A stretch of DNA of 64,000 bases from Planctomycetota bacterium. GTDB taxonomy: Bacteria > Planctomycetota > Phycisphaerae > SM23-33. Location of the stretch: the NCBI GenBank assembly GCA_009908915.1, contig JAAAOJ010000062.1, positions 5,594-69,593 on the forward strand. The letters run 5' to 3'. A program made the translations under genes and the position numbers. Under the pieces are notes generated by a model, which worked only from the letters and a program-made list of their open reading frames with translations, did no database searches and had not been told where the DNA came from. Shown here one piece after another: positions 1 to 8,268 of this stretch. The first letter of the stretch is position 1; every line of letters begins with the position of its first letter.

Positions 1-395
1 GGCATTACTGCCACAACTTCACCATCGTTGATGACGTGCCCATCGGCCCAGACTACGTTGTCGAATTGCCCTTCACGGCCCCCGAACCGCAGGACGTGAA
101 GAACGGCACGTTCGAGGACAACACGATCCGGCCCGCCGGCCCGCTCGCCGAGAAGTCTATCTGGGCGATACTCGAAGGCTGGCAACCGATCGCGGATCAC
201 AACGCCTTCGTCGTCCGCAACACGAAAACGGGCGTCGGGCTTGCCTACAACGGCGATGAGCCAATCGTGGACTACCGCGTCTACGCCGTGCCGTCGGCGA
301 TGTGCCCCGAGCCGTTTATCGCCATCGACCTCGACCCCGGCGAGTCGATGGACTGGGTCTCGACGTACCGCCTGATCACGCCCGAGACGGACTGA
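1..395 (+). CDS. aldose 1-epimerase (mutarotase) family protein, C-terminal fragment (5' end outside window)
   Basis: Frame is open from nt 3 with no upstream stop, so the gene begins outside the window. The C-terminal motifs ...CPEP...IDLDPGESMDW..TYRL resemble the mutarotase C-terminus (cLEpQ...L.PGE.....Y.f). Assignment from motif memory only. Confidence 0.45.
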   Translation, partial: HYCHNFTIVDDVPIGPDYVVELPFTAPEPQDVKNGTFEDNTIRPAGPLAEKSIWAILEGWQPIADHNAFVVRNTKTGVGLAYNGDEPIVDYRVYAVPSAMCPEPFIAIDLDPGESMDWVSTYRLITPETD

Positions 396-726
396 CGCAC
401 CGCGACGCCTCAGCCAGCCGGCCGCCGATGAACGTCACGCCCTCCTCGGCGAGCAGGGCGCGCTTGCGACGTAGTTCGGCGCCGTCGCGTTCGCCGGCAA
501 AGCCGCCGATCCGCAGATCGCCGCCGATGACCCGGTGACAGGGAACGGCCGGGGCCAGCGGGTTCCGCCGCAACGCCTGACCCACCGCCTGCGCGCTGTT
601 ACAGCCGATGGCCTCAGCCAGGCGGCCGTAGGTGGTTACACGTCCGGCCGGCACGCGCATCAGGGCGCGGTAGACGTTTCGCTGGAAGCCCGTGATGTCG
701 GCGTTGTCGAGGTCCATGTTGCTCAT
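376..726 (-). CDS. ogt: methylated-DNA--protein-cysteine S-methyltransferase
   Basis: PCHRVIG active-site motif and a helix-turn-helix region (TYGRLAEAIG). Start chosen at MSNMDLD: ATG is CAT at 724-726 on the plus strand. The longer upstream extension in the ORF track is rejected. Confidence 0.85.
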   Translation of the reverse strand: MSNMDLDNADITGFQRNVYRALMRVPAGRVTTYGRLAEAIGCNSAQAVGQALRRNPLAPAVPCHRVIGGDLRIGGFAGERDGAELRRKRALLAEEGVTFIGGRLAEASRCVSPSRA

Positions 727-985
727 GCATGGCATTGTAGTCCATCGACCCAAATGGGCAACACGCCGCCATGAGCGCAGGGTTCCAGGCACGCCCAGAC
801 ATGGGAAGCAGAAGTCGGCAGACAGGAGTCAGCATCCAGGAATAGCGGAAAAGGATTCGGTATGCAAAAGCCGCGAAGCGGCGACAGTGCTTAGCCGGGG
901 GGGGTGAGCCCCGGTCATGGTTGCCCAGGCAGTCAGAGCCCTGCAAGGGCGAACGAAACGACGCATGGATTGCTCGCATGCAGCC

Positions 986-2284
986 TCACAGCGCGCACAG
1001 CACGGTGCAGGCCAGCAGGCACAGCACGACGCGCAGCGTGCGGGGCAGCTTTCGACGTCGCGGCCAGGTGCCGAGCATCAGCAATCCCATTCCGACGCCC
1101 GCCATGGCCGTTTCACTGCGCAGGCCGGTGTCGGCAGCGGACATCTGTATGTAGTTGTCAATGTGCCGCCATTGGACGGGCACAAGCACGACATCGTGAT
1201 CCATGGTCGTGGGCGGCATGACGGTGCGGAGGCGCGTCAAATAGGCGGGCTTGGTCTCATCTGGCAGGGCGGCGGTGATTGTGTCGAGCATTTCGCGGAA
1301 CGTCTCCGCGTCGAAATGTCCGAAGCCACCTTCGTTGACGGGAAGCGCTGACTCGGTGATAAAGATGCGGCCGTCGCGGCTGTTGGTGGCTGTCTTGAAG
1401 TAGTATTCGTACGTCGTTCCGCTTGGCGTATTGTTGGCACGCTTGAACTCGTCATAGAACTTGCGTGCCTGCGCGTCCCTGTAAATGAGTTGGTCGACCG
1501 ACAGGTTCGGCCAGTTGGCGACGGCGTATCGGAAGGGAGCGAGGACATAGAGGAGGATTTCGTTTTCGAGGCCGGCCGAGATCTGCGAGATCACCAGCGG
1601 GAAGGTGAGCGTCTCGCTGTCATAGGTATAGGCGATGGGGTGGGGCACGAGTTTGCCGTCATCGTCTTTGTCAGCATCACTGAGGTCCTTCCGCAGGCGC
1701 ATGGCCAGCCAGTACCAGCCTTTCTCGACGTATCGGCCGAGGACGCGCTCGGCACCGATCGGCAGGGCGTAGCCGTTTTCGTTGAGCCATGTCGTGAGTT
1801 CGTCGCCGCCGGTGCTGGAGAGCACGACGAACTCGTAAATCCCGGCCGTGCCTTGCTCATGAACGGTGACGGCATTCCGCCACGTGCCCAGGCCCTTGCG
1901 TCGCATTGCCATGGAATTGCATCCGCACCCGAAGGGCCCCTTGGAGGATTCGACGGTGTAGAACGTCGGCGCGGTGGCCTGATCGAGGGCGGCGAAGAGT
2001 TCGCCGTCGGCCTTCTTGATGTCGCGGGGTTTGGCGGGGATGGGCACGACCCAGGCCATCTCAGGCGAGGGCGTTTCAAAGTGTGTGCGAAGGACCATGC
2101 GAACGGTCCTGCCGTCGGCGACCATCAGGCACTCCTGGCGGGGTGAGGTCACGCTGGACTTTTGGTTATCGTGGGCAACGCTGCCGATGGGCACGAACGC
2201 GCAGCCGTCGGCGAGGGCGGGCGTCGAGGCGAAAATGGCAAGACAAACAAGAGCGGCTGCAGTAGCGCGGGCGGTGCGGGTCAT
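986..2284 (-). CDS. secreted hypothetical protein (possibly DUF2330-like) with a C-terminal hydrophobic anchor
   Basis: Start chosen at MTRTARATAAALVCLAIFASTPALA (signal peptide; CAT at 2282-2284). C-terminus is GVGMGLLMLGTWPRRRK: a hydrophobic stretch followed by a basic tail. No catalytic motif recognised. Confidence 0.5.
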   Translation of the reverse strand: MTRTARATAAALVCLAIFASTPALADGCAFVPIGSVAHDNQKSSVTSPRQECLMVADGRTVRMVLRTHFETPSPEMAWVVPIPAKPRDIKKADGELFAALDQATAPTFYTVESSKGPFGCGCNSMAMRRKGLGTWRNAVTVHEQGTAGIYEFVVLSSTGGDELTTWLNENGYALPIGAERVLGRYVEKGWYWLAMRLRKDLSDADKDDDGKLVPHPIAYTYDSETLTFPLVISQISAGLENEILLYVLAPFRYAVANWPNLSVDQLIYRDAQARKFYDEFKRANNTPSGTTYEYYFKTATNSRDGRIFITESALPVNEGGFGHFDAETFREMLDTITAALPDETKPAYLTRLRTVMPPTTMDHDVVLVPVQWRHIDNYIQMSAADTGLRSETAMAGVGMGLLMLGTWPRRRKLPRTLRVVLCLLACTVLCAL

Positions 2285-2392
2285 GTCGCGTCCTTTCTGT
2301 CTCAGTACCCGTATGCGCGGCGGGCCGGACGTGCGGGCATCCCAGTTGCCCTGTCCCGACCCGCCGCACTGTCCGGCGTTGGCCAATGGGTG

Positions 2393-4045
2393 TCAATCGC
2401 GGGCGGCCGGGCCCGGCTTGTCGGCCAGCTTGCGGGCCTTGGCCACCAGCGCGACAAACTCCTTGCGATAGCCGTGGTGGTCCTTGCCGCGGGTGGCGCC
2501 GACGAGTTTCTCGACGGCTGCCAGCGTGTACGTGCCCGCATGGTCGCTCTCCCGCAGCAGCATACCGAAGGCCGCCACGCCCGCCGCGAAACGCATGTCC
2601 GTGCTGGCCTTGTCCAGCGATCGGCCGTCGTCACGGACGCGATGCGTCATCAGCGTCGAGGTTTCGCCCTCAGGCTGCTTGTATCGCAGCTTGAGCGTCA
2701 GCAGTTCGCCGCTGCCGGCCGCCGGGACGAGCGTCGGCTCGCTCTGGTAGCGGAGGTCGTCGACCTCGCCGCCGGGAATGTCCTGCCCGGCGGGCACCAC
2801 CTCGTACAGGGCCGTGACGGTATGGCCCGCTCCGATCTCACCGGCGTCCTTCGTGTCGTCGTTGAAATCCTCATCGTTCAGCAGCCGATTCTCATACCCG
2901 ATCAGTCGATAGCCGGCCACCTCAGCGGGATTGAATTCCACCTGGATCTTCACGTCCTTGGCGATGGTCACCAGCGTGGAGTTGATCTGATCGACCAGAA
3001 CCTTTTTCGCCTCCCGCTCGGAATCCACGTAGCCGTAATTGCCGTTGCCGCGATTGGATATCTCCTCCATCATCGCGTCTTTGTAGTTGCCCATGCCGAA
3101 GCCCAGCACCGTCAGGTACACGCCGTTACGCGTCTGCTTGCGGACCAGGCCGACGAGCCCGCTGCGGTCGGTCGTGCCGACGTTGAAGTCGCCGTCGGTG
3201 CAGAGGATCACCCGGTTGATGCCGCCCGTGATGTAGTTCTCCCGGGCCGTCTGGTAGGCCAGGTTGATCCCCGCGGCCCCGTTGGTCGATCCGCCGGCTT
3301 GCAGGCGGTCCAGGGCGGAGAGAATCTCGCGGCGATTGTCGCAGGTCGTGCTGTCCAGCACCCGGCCTGCCGCCCCGGCATAGACGCAGATGGCGATGCG
3401 GTCGCGCCCGTTGAGCGTCTTGGTGAGCATCGACATGGCCTTCTTGACCAGCCCCAGCTTGTTGCGGCTGTCCATGCTTCCCGAGACGTCCAGGAGGAAT
3501 ACAAGGTTGCACGGCGGTCGCTGCTCGAAGCTGACGTCCTTGCCCTTGATGCCAATCTTCACGAGGCGATGCTGCGGCGCCCACAGGCAACCCGCGACCT
3601 CGGCGTGCGCGGCGAAGGGGTGTTTGCTGTCGGCCGACGGCGGGGCGTAGTCATAGTCGAAGTAGTTCACGAGTTCCTCGATGCGAACGGCGCCGGCAGG
3701 CGGCAATTGGTCGCTGTTCAGGAAGCGGCGGACATTGGCATAGCTGGCGGTGTCGACGTCGATGCTGAACGTACTCAGCGGATGGTCCGCGACACGCTTG
3801 AAGCCGTTCTCCTCGATGTGGTCGTACGTCTCCGTGTTGTGCCCTTCGATGGGTGGCTCGGGCTCGCGGGGCATCGCCTGCACAAGCGGCGCGGGCGGAG
3901 CCGAGCGGGCGAGCGACCGATCCGCCGCGAGGAAGCGATACTCCCCGGTCCGCTGCGTGGGCTCCGACGCACAGCCGAGGAAGGCGGTCGCGATGATGCC
4001 GGTCAGGGCGGCCAGGCAGCAGGTGAAAGTGAGGATGCGTTTCAT
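2393..4045 (-). CDS. von Willebrand factor type A (VWA) domain lipoprotein, YfbK/DUF3520-like
   Basis: Lipoprotein signal MKRILTFTCCLAALTGIIATAFLGCAS with start CAT at 4043-4045. MIDAS-like DVSGSM motif, and CTDGDFNVG within the VWA fold. The C-terminal region is typical of YfbK-like proteins. Confidence 0.8.
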   Translation of the reverse strand: MKRILTFTCCLAALTGIIATAFLGCASEPTQRTGEYRFLAADRSLARSAPPAPLVQAMPREPEPPIEGHNTETYDHIEENGFKRVADHPLSTFSIDVDTASYANVRRFLNSDQLPPAGAVRIEELVNYFDYDYAPPSADSKHPFAAHAEVAGCLWAPQHRLVKIGIKGKDVSFEQRPPCNLVFLLDVSGSMDSRNKLGLVKKAMSMLTKTLNGRDRIAICVYAGAAGRVLDSTTCDNRREILSALDRLQAGGSTNGAAGINLAYQTARENYITGGINRVILCTDGDFNVGTTDRSGLVGLVRKQTRNGVYLTVLGFGMGNYKDAMMEEISNRGNGNYGYVDSEREAKKVLVDQINSTLVTIAKDVKIQVEFNPAEVAGYRLIGYENRLLNDEDFNDDTKDAGEIGAGHTVTALYEVVPAGQDIPGGEVDDLRYQSEPTLVPAAGSGELLTLKLRYKQPEGETSTLMTHRVRDDGRSLDKASTDMRFAAGVAAFGMLLRESDHAGTYTLAAVEKLVGATRGKDHHGYRKEFVALVAKARKLADKPGPAARD

Positions 4046-4181
4046 GGGTGGACTTCTCCTTTCGTTTGGTGTTGGCCCATGTTCCAGCCCTCCATATCGC
4101 CTGCTCGGCGGCTTGCGCAGAAAAATGCGATTGACCCGCGCGGCCCGGTGACGAACAATGGCCCCGGCGACCTGCTGAACG

Positions 4182-4727
4182 ATGAGCAAGGACAAGGACA
4201 TCATCGCGCGGTGCCTCGACGGCGAGGCCGCCGCCTTCGACGAGCTTTACGCAACCCACGCCGGCCGCGTGAAAGGCTTCCTGCTGCGCAGCGGCTTCGA
4301 CCCGGCCGACGCCGACGACCAGACGCAGGAAGTCTTCCTACGCGTCTACAAGTCGCTGAAGACCTACGACCCGCAGCGCGGCGGATTCCGCCCGTGGCTG
4401 GGAGCCGTCGTGAGGAACGTCGCGCGGCGGTACTGGTCGAAGCGTAAGCAACCCGAAAGCTTCGACCCGCAACTGGCGATGCAAATGTTCGAGGCCCCGG
4501 ACGGCCAGAGCGCCTCGCAGCGCGAGGAACTCAACGCGCTGCGGCAGGCGATATCGAAGCTCGACGGCGAGCGCGCCCAACTGCTGCGGCTGCGATACGT
4601 CGAGGGCCTGACCACCCGCGCCATCGCCAAGCGAATCAACATGCCCGAGTCGACCGTCCGCCTGCGGCTGGGCGAAGCGCGGTCGCAGCTGGCCGTCGCA
4701 ATGAGAAGTATGGGATTCCTGAATTAG
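4182..4727 (+). CDS. RNA polymerase sigma-70 factor, ECF subfamily
   Basis: Region 2 motif (QEVFLRVYKSL) and region 4 helix-turn-helix (LTTRAIAKRINMPESTVRLRL). About 180 aa, the typical ECF sigma size. Confidence 0.85.
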   Translation: MSKDKDIIARCLDGEAAAFDELYATHAGRVKGFLLRSGFDPADADDQTQEVFLRVYKSLKTYDPQRGGFRPWLGAVVRNVARRYWSKRKQPESFDPQLAMQMFEAPDGQSASQREELNALRQAISKLDGERAQLLRLRYVEGLTTRAIAKRINMPESTVRLRLGEARSQLAVAMRSMGFLN

Positions 4728-4798
4728 CATTCCATCGCGACGCGAAGAACAACGATTCCTGCGCCGCTGAGACCGAAGCGGGTATAGACAGGTGAACG

Positions 4799-5776
4799 AT
4801 GACTGAGACTGAGAACAACCAGCGACAACCCGACCGTCTCGAAACGTTGTTGGCCGTGTGGGGCGCCGAGACGGCCGCCAAAGAGCAGGAGCTGCCGCCG
4901 CCGCCGCGGGAGGTCCGCATCCGCCAGTTGCCGTGGATGTGGCGTTGTGCCGTGCCGGCTGCGGCTGTGCTGCTAATCGGACTCCTGGCGGTCTGGGGGC
5001 CGCTGCGCGGGCTGCGACGAGGCGACGCCCAGCACGCGGCCAAGGCGCCGTCGAAGACCGACTTGGCCGAGGTTGCCACGCTCCAGAGCGAACTGGACGA
5101 TCTGCGCACCAAGCATGCCGAGGAGGTCGCGGGCCTGCGAGGCGAACTGGTGAAGGTCCGTAAGCGTCGAGAAGCGGTGGAACTCGAGGCGAAGGAGTCG
5201 GCCCGACGCGTGGCGGAACTGACCGAGGCCAATGAGGACTATCGCCGCGATATCGCCAAGGTCGGTGAGGCTACGCGGCGACTGCACCGGTTCGAGCAGG
5301 AGGTCGGCGCCCTGCAGGGCAAGCTGGCGAAACTGCAGATTCAACTCGGCGAGCAGAGCCAGCAGGCCGAGGTCGCCACCAACGCGTTGAAGCAGCTTCG
5401 CGAAAGCCGGCAGACGTTATTGGCGCAGTTGGGTGAGTGGTACTTTGCGGCGTCGGCGCCGGGCGAGCGCGGTGTGACGGCTGCCCGCATCGCGGCCCGC
5501 AATAACCAGTTGCTCCGGCGGCTGGAGGTGCTGCGAGCCGACGGCGTGACCGTCGATGCTGAGGAGACCGTCGCGGCGGCCGAGACGTTGCTGCTGCGGC
5601 TGGCGATGCTGCCCGAAGGCGAGCCCGAGGCCACCGGCGCATGGATCAGCGCCGTTGAGCGAAGCGGCGTGATCGCAACCATCGACGAGGCGTTGCTGGC
5701 CGACCCGCCGGCTGGACTGGGCCGATGGCTGCTGGAAGCACGGATGATCCTTTCGGAGGGCGGCCATGTCAGCTAG
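4799..5776 (+). CDS. putative anti-sigma factor / membrane coiled-coil protein
   Basis: Lies immediately downstream of the ECF sigma gene. Has an AGGTGA ribosome-binding site, a single TM helix (AVPAAAVLLIGLLAVWGPL) and long coiled-coil heptads (LQSELDDLRTKHAEEVAGLRGELVKVRKRREAVELEAKE). Confidence 0.5.
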   Translation: MTETENNQRQPDRLETLLAVWGAETAAKEQELPPPPREVRIRQLPWMWRCAVPAAAVLLIGLLAVWGPLRGLRRGDAQHAAKAPSKTDLAEVATLQSELDDLRTKHAEEVAGLRGELVKVRKRREAVELEAKESARRVAELTEANEDYRRDIAKVGEATRRLHRFEQEVGALQGKLAKLQIQLGEQSQQAEVATNALKQLRESRQTLLAQLGEWYFAASAPGERGVTAARIAARNNQLLRRLEVLRADGVTVDAEETVAAAETLLLRLAMLPEGEPEATGAWISAVERSGVIATIDEALLADPPAGLGRWLLEARMILSEGGHVS

Positions 5777-6239
5777 AACGGTCATCCTGATTCTTCTGCC
5801 GTTGGCGGCGTGGCTTGGCGGGTGTTCGGCGAACGAGGCCTGGTTCAAGCCAGGCGAGCACCGTTTCCTCTCACCGGACAAGGCGGCCGCGGATCCGGAT
5901 GCTGCGCAGCCGAGGCCGGTCGTCACGCGGGGCGAGCCGCAGGCCGATGTCGAACCCGCAGGGCCAACCGAGGTCGAGGCCTTCGAAAGCGCCCTGACGC
6001 AGGTGACGGCCCTGCAGTACGAGCCGGCCCGTGAAACGCTCAAGCCGCTCGTCGCGCGATTCGCCGCGGCGGACCTGGACCGCTACGCGTCGGAGTCGCT
6101 GTTCTGGCTGGGCTTCTGCAGCGAACGTCTGAAGGACCCCGCCAAGGCGAAGGAATACTACATGCGTGCGGTGTACGGCTATCCGGATACGCCGGCTTCC
6201 CGCCAGGCCCGAGTCCGGCTGAAATCGCTTGGCCCGTAG
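5766..6239 (+). CDS. lipoprotein with TPR-like C-terminus
   Basis: Signal plus lipobox LAAWLGGCS, then a helical repeat (SLFWLGFCSERLKDPAKAKEYYMRAVYGYPDT). Overlaps the previous gene by 11 nt. Confidence 0.5.
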   Translation: MSARTVILILLPLAAWLGGCSANEAWFKPGEHRFLSPDKAAADPDAAQPRPVVTRGEPQADVEPAGPTEVEAFESALTQVTALQYEPARETLKPLVARFAAADLDRYASESLFWLGFCSERLKDPAKAKEYYMRAVYGYPDTPASRQARVRLKSLGP

Positions 6240-6309
6240 ATGTCTCGCCGCGGAGAGCCCGGCAGACGAAACGATGAGATGCGGGGGGCGGTGAGGTATA
6301 CTGTCGAGC

Positions 6310-7098
6310 ATGATTATGACATACCTGAAGACCACACACACGAGGCGAACACTATTGCTCCCGCTGCTAGTGGCCTCGGCAGGCTTGCTGTGCGGCTGCC
6401 CGATTACGCAGACGCAGGACACCCCCGCCCGCCACTTCTCTGAACGGGCGCCCGCGAGCGGCATGACGTACTGCATCTACGTGCCGAGCAATTACACCAG
6501 CGAGACAGCCTGGCCGCTCGTGATCACGCTGCACGGGACCTTCCCGTGGGACGTCGCAGAGTTTCAGATCCGCGAATGGAAGGCCCTGGCCGAGAAACGC
6601 GGGTTCATCGTCGTCGCGCCGAAGTGCGGATCGCTGAGTACGCAGGGCATTCTGCCGGTCAGCCAAAGCTGGCGGCTGAGCGACCTCGCCGAGGACGCGC
6701 AGGGCATCCTCGACGTGCTCGAAACCGTCTCGCGCAAGTACAACATCAAACGCAATCGCGTACTGCTGACCGGTTTCAGTTCCGGCGGTTATCCGATGTA
6801 TTACACCGGGCTGCGGAATCCCGAGACATTTCACGCCATGGTCGCCCGAGCGTGCAATTTCGAGCGGGCCGTCGTGGACGACGCGGAACTGACTCCGCAG
6901 ACGCGACGGATTCCGACGATGATTTTCGTCGGCAAGGATGACCCGGCGCTGCAGGGCGATTCCTGGGCGGCTTATCGTTGGCTGCATCGACACGGCTGGA
7001 ACAAGCACTCAGCCAAGCGGAAGGAAACGGACGGTGGCCATCTGCGTCGGCCGGAGACAGCCTATAACTACTGGGTGAACTACTTCGGCGGAGGATAG
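6310..7098 (+). CDS. alpha/beta-hydrolase esterase (PHB depolymerase / LpqC-like), lipoprotein
   Basis: Lipobox LLCGCP. Nucleophile elbow GFSSGG (G-x-S-x-G) and an LHG oxyanion region (ITLHGT). Confidence 0.75.
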   Translation: MIMTYLKTTHTRRTLLLPLLVASAGLLCGCPITQTQDTPARHFSERAPASGMTYCIYVPSNYTSETAWPLVITLHGTFPWDVAEFQIREWKALAEKRGFIVVAPKCGSLSTQGILPVSQSWRLSDLAEDAQGILDVLETVSRKYNIKRNRVLLTGFSSGGYPMYYTGLRNPETFHAMVARACNFERAVVDDAELTPQTRRIPTMIFVGKDDPALQGDSWAAYRWLHRHGWNKHSAKRKETDGGHLRRPETAYNYWVNYFGGG

Positions 7099-7115
7099 TC
7101 CGGCCGCTCTGTTGA

Positions 7116-8258
7116 CTATCGGTCGGTCGGTTTGTCTCGGAGGGCCTCGCCGTGAAGCGCGGCCGGAAAACCCTCTCTTATGCCTTCGACGGGCGCGCCG
7201 ACCGTTCGGCGGAACCAGCACTGCTTGGGCTGGGCGCCGGCGGGCAGTTCGTAGACCCAGTCGACCGTCAGCATGTCGGGATGCTCGCCCGTGTTGTTCT
7301 GCTGGATGACACTTGTCGGACGTTCGACGATCAGGCCGGCGGGGACGGCCTCGTCCTCGCCGTACCAGACGGCCTCGAGCTTGCGGCGCTTGCGGCTAGT
7401 GGTATTCCAGAACGTGTAGGCCACGGGATAGGCGTCGAAGGGTCGGCCCTGGGCGTCGAGGCACAGCAGGCGGAACTGCGTCGCCGGCAGCCGCCACCAG
7501 TTATCTTCAAGGTTGGCGGCATCCTGGCCGATACTCACGCGGACGATGCAGACGTCCGACTCGGCCGACCTGGCCACGAGCGGGTAGGGCGGCAGATCGG
7601 GCAGAAGCGTGTTGGCCTCGGCTTCGCTGAGTTTATAGACGGCATCGAGCAGGAAGTCGGCGGGCATGGCGTCGACGCGGCCGCCCCGGCCGGTAGTGTT
7701 GCGCCCGCAGAACTGCTCGAGAAGAAGATGTGGGTGGTGGTCGGCCAGACGCCGGCTGCCGCGCATCGAGCCGCCGGAGAGCATCTCGCCGAAGGCCAGC
7801 ACCGCTTCGTCCGGGTAGAACGGCAGGAGTCGTTGGGCGCGGGTGAGGTCGTCCTCAAACGGGCGCCAGATCAGGATGTTCCGTCCAAGCGGGGCCATCT
7901 GGATGACAATCATCAACACGCCGATGGCGAACATGCCGGTCAGCAGGCCGAACAGTCCGCCACCGATGCGGTCGATGATGACATTGAAGACAATGTCGCC
8001 CCGGATGAGGATGTTGCCCACCGTCCGCAGCAGCAGCAGCGGTACGATGAACAGCAGCATCAGAGCGACACCCTCGGCGATTTCAGGCTTCATCTGGTAC
8101 AGGCTGGCCGTGCTCGCCAGGCCTTCGTAGCACGTGATGGCCAGGCCGGCCGAGATGATCGTCCATGTCGCCAGCAGCAGGGCGGAGAACAGTCCCTGCC
8201 GCATCTGGAAATAGCCAATTCCGAGAATCAAGATGGCGGTCGCTGCGACGAGTATCAT
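7116..8258 (-). CDS. CvpA-like membrane protein with a large C-terminal domain
   Basis: Start chosen at MILVAATAILILGIGYF (CAT at 8256-8258). About four TM helices in the first ~160 aa resemble the CvpA N-terminus, followed by a ~220-aa soluble domain. The upstream 49 codons in the ORF track are rejected. Confidence 0.5.
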   Translation of the reverse strand: MILVAATAILILGIGYFQMRQGLFSALLLATWTIISAGLAITCYEGLASTASLYQMKPEIAEGVALMLLFIVPLLLLRTVGNILIRGDIVFNVIIDRIGGGLFGLLTGMFAIGVLMIVIQMAPLGRNILIWRPFEDDLTRAQRLLPFYPDEAVLAFGEMLSGGSMRGSRRLADHHPHLLLEQFCGRNTTGRGGRVDAMPADFLLDAVYKLSEAEANTLLPDLPPYPLVARSAESDVCIVRVSIGQDAANLEDNWWRLPATQFRLLCLDAQGRPFDAYPVAYTFWNTTSRKRRKLEAVWYGEDEAVPAGLIVERPTSVIQQNNTGEHPDMLTVDWVYELPAGAQPKQCWFRRTVGAPVEGIREGFPAALHGEALRDKPTDR

Positions 8259-8268
8259 ACGTGGATCC

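Noticed and set aside
2162-4447. 761-aa plus-strand ORF
   Set aside because: It is antisense to the well-supported VWA lipoprotein gene. Its translation is low-complexity Arg/Ala/Gly-rich, typical of stop-free antisense frames in high-GC DNA.
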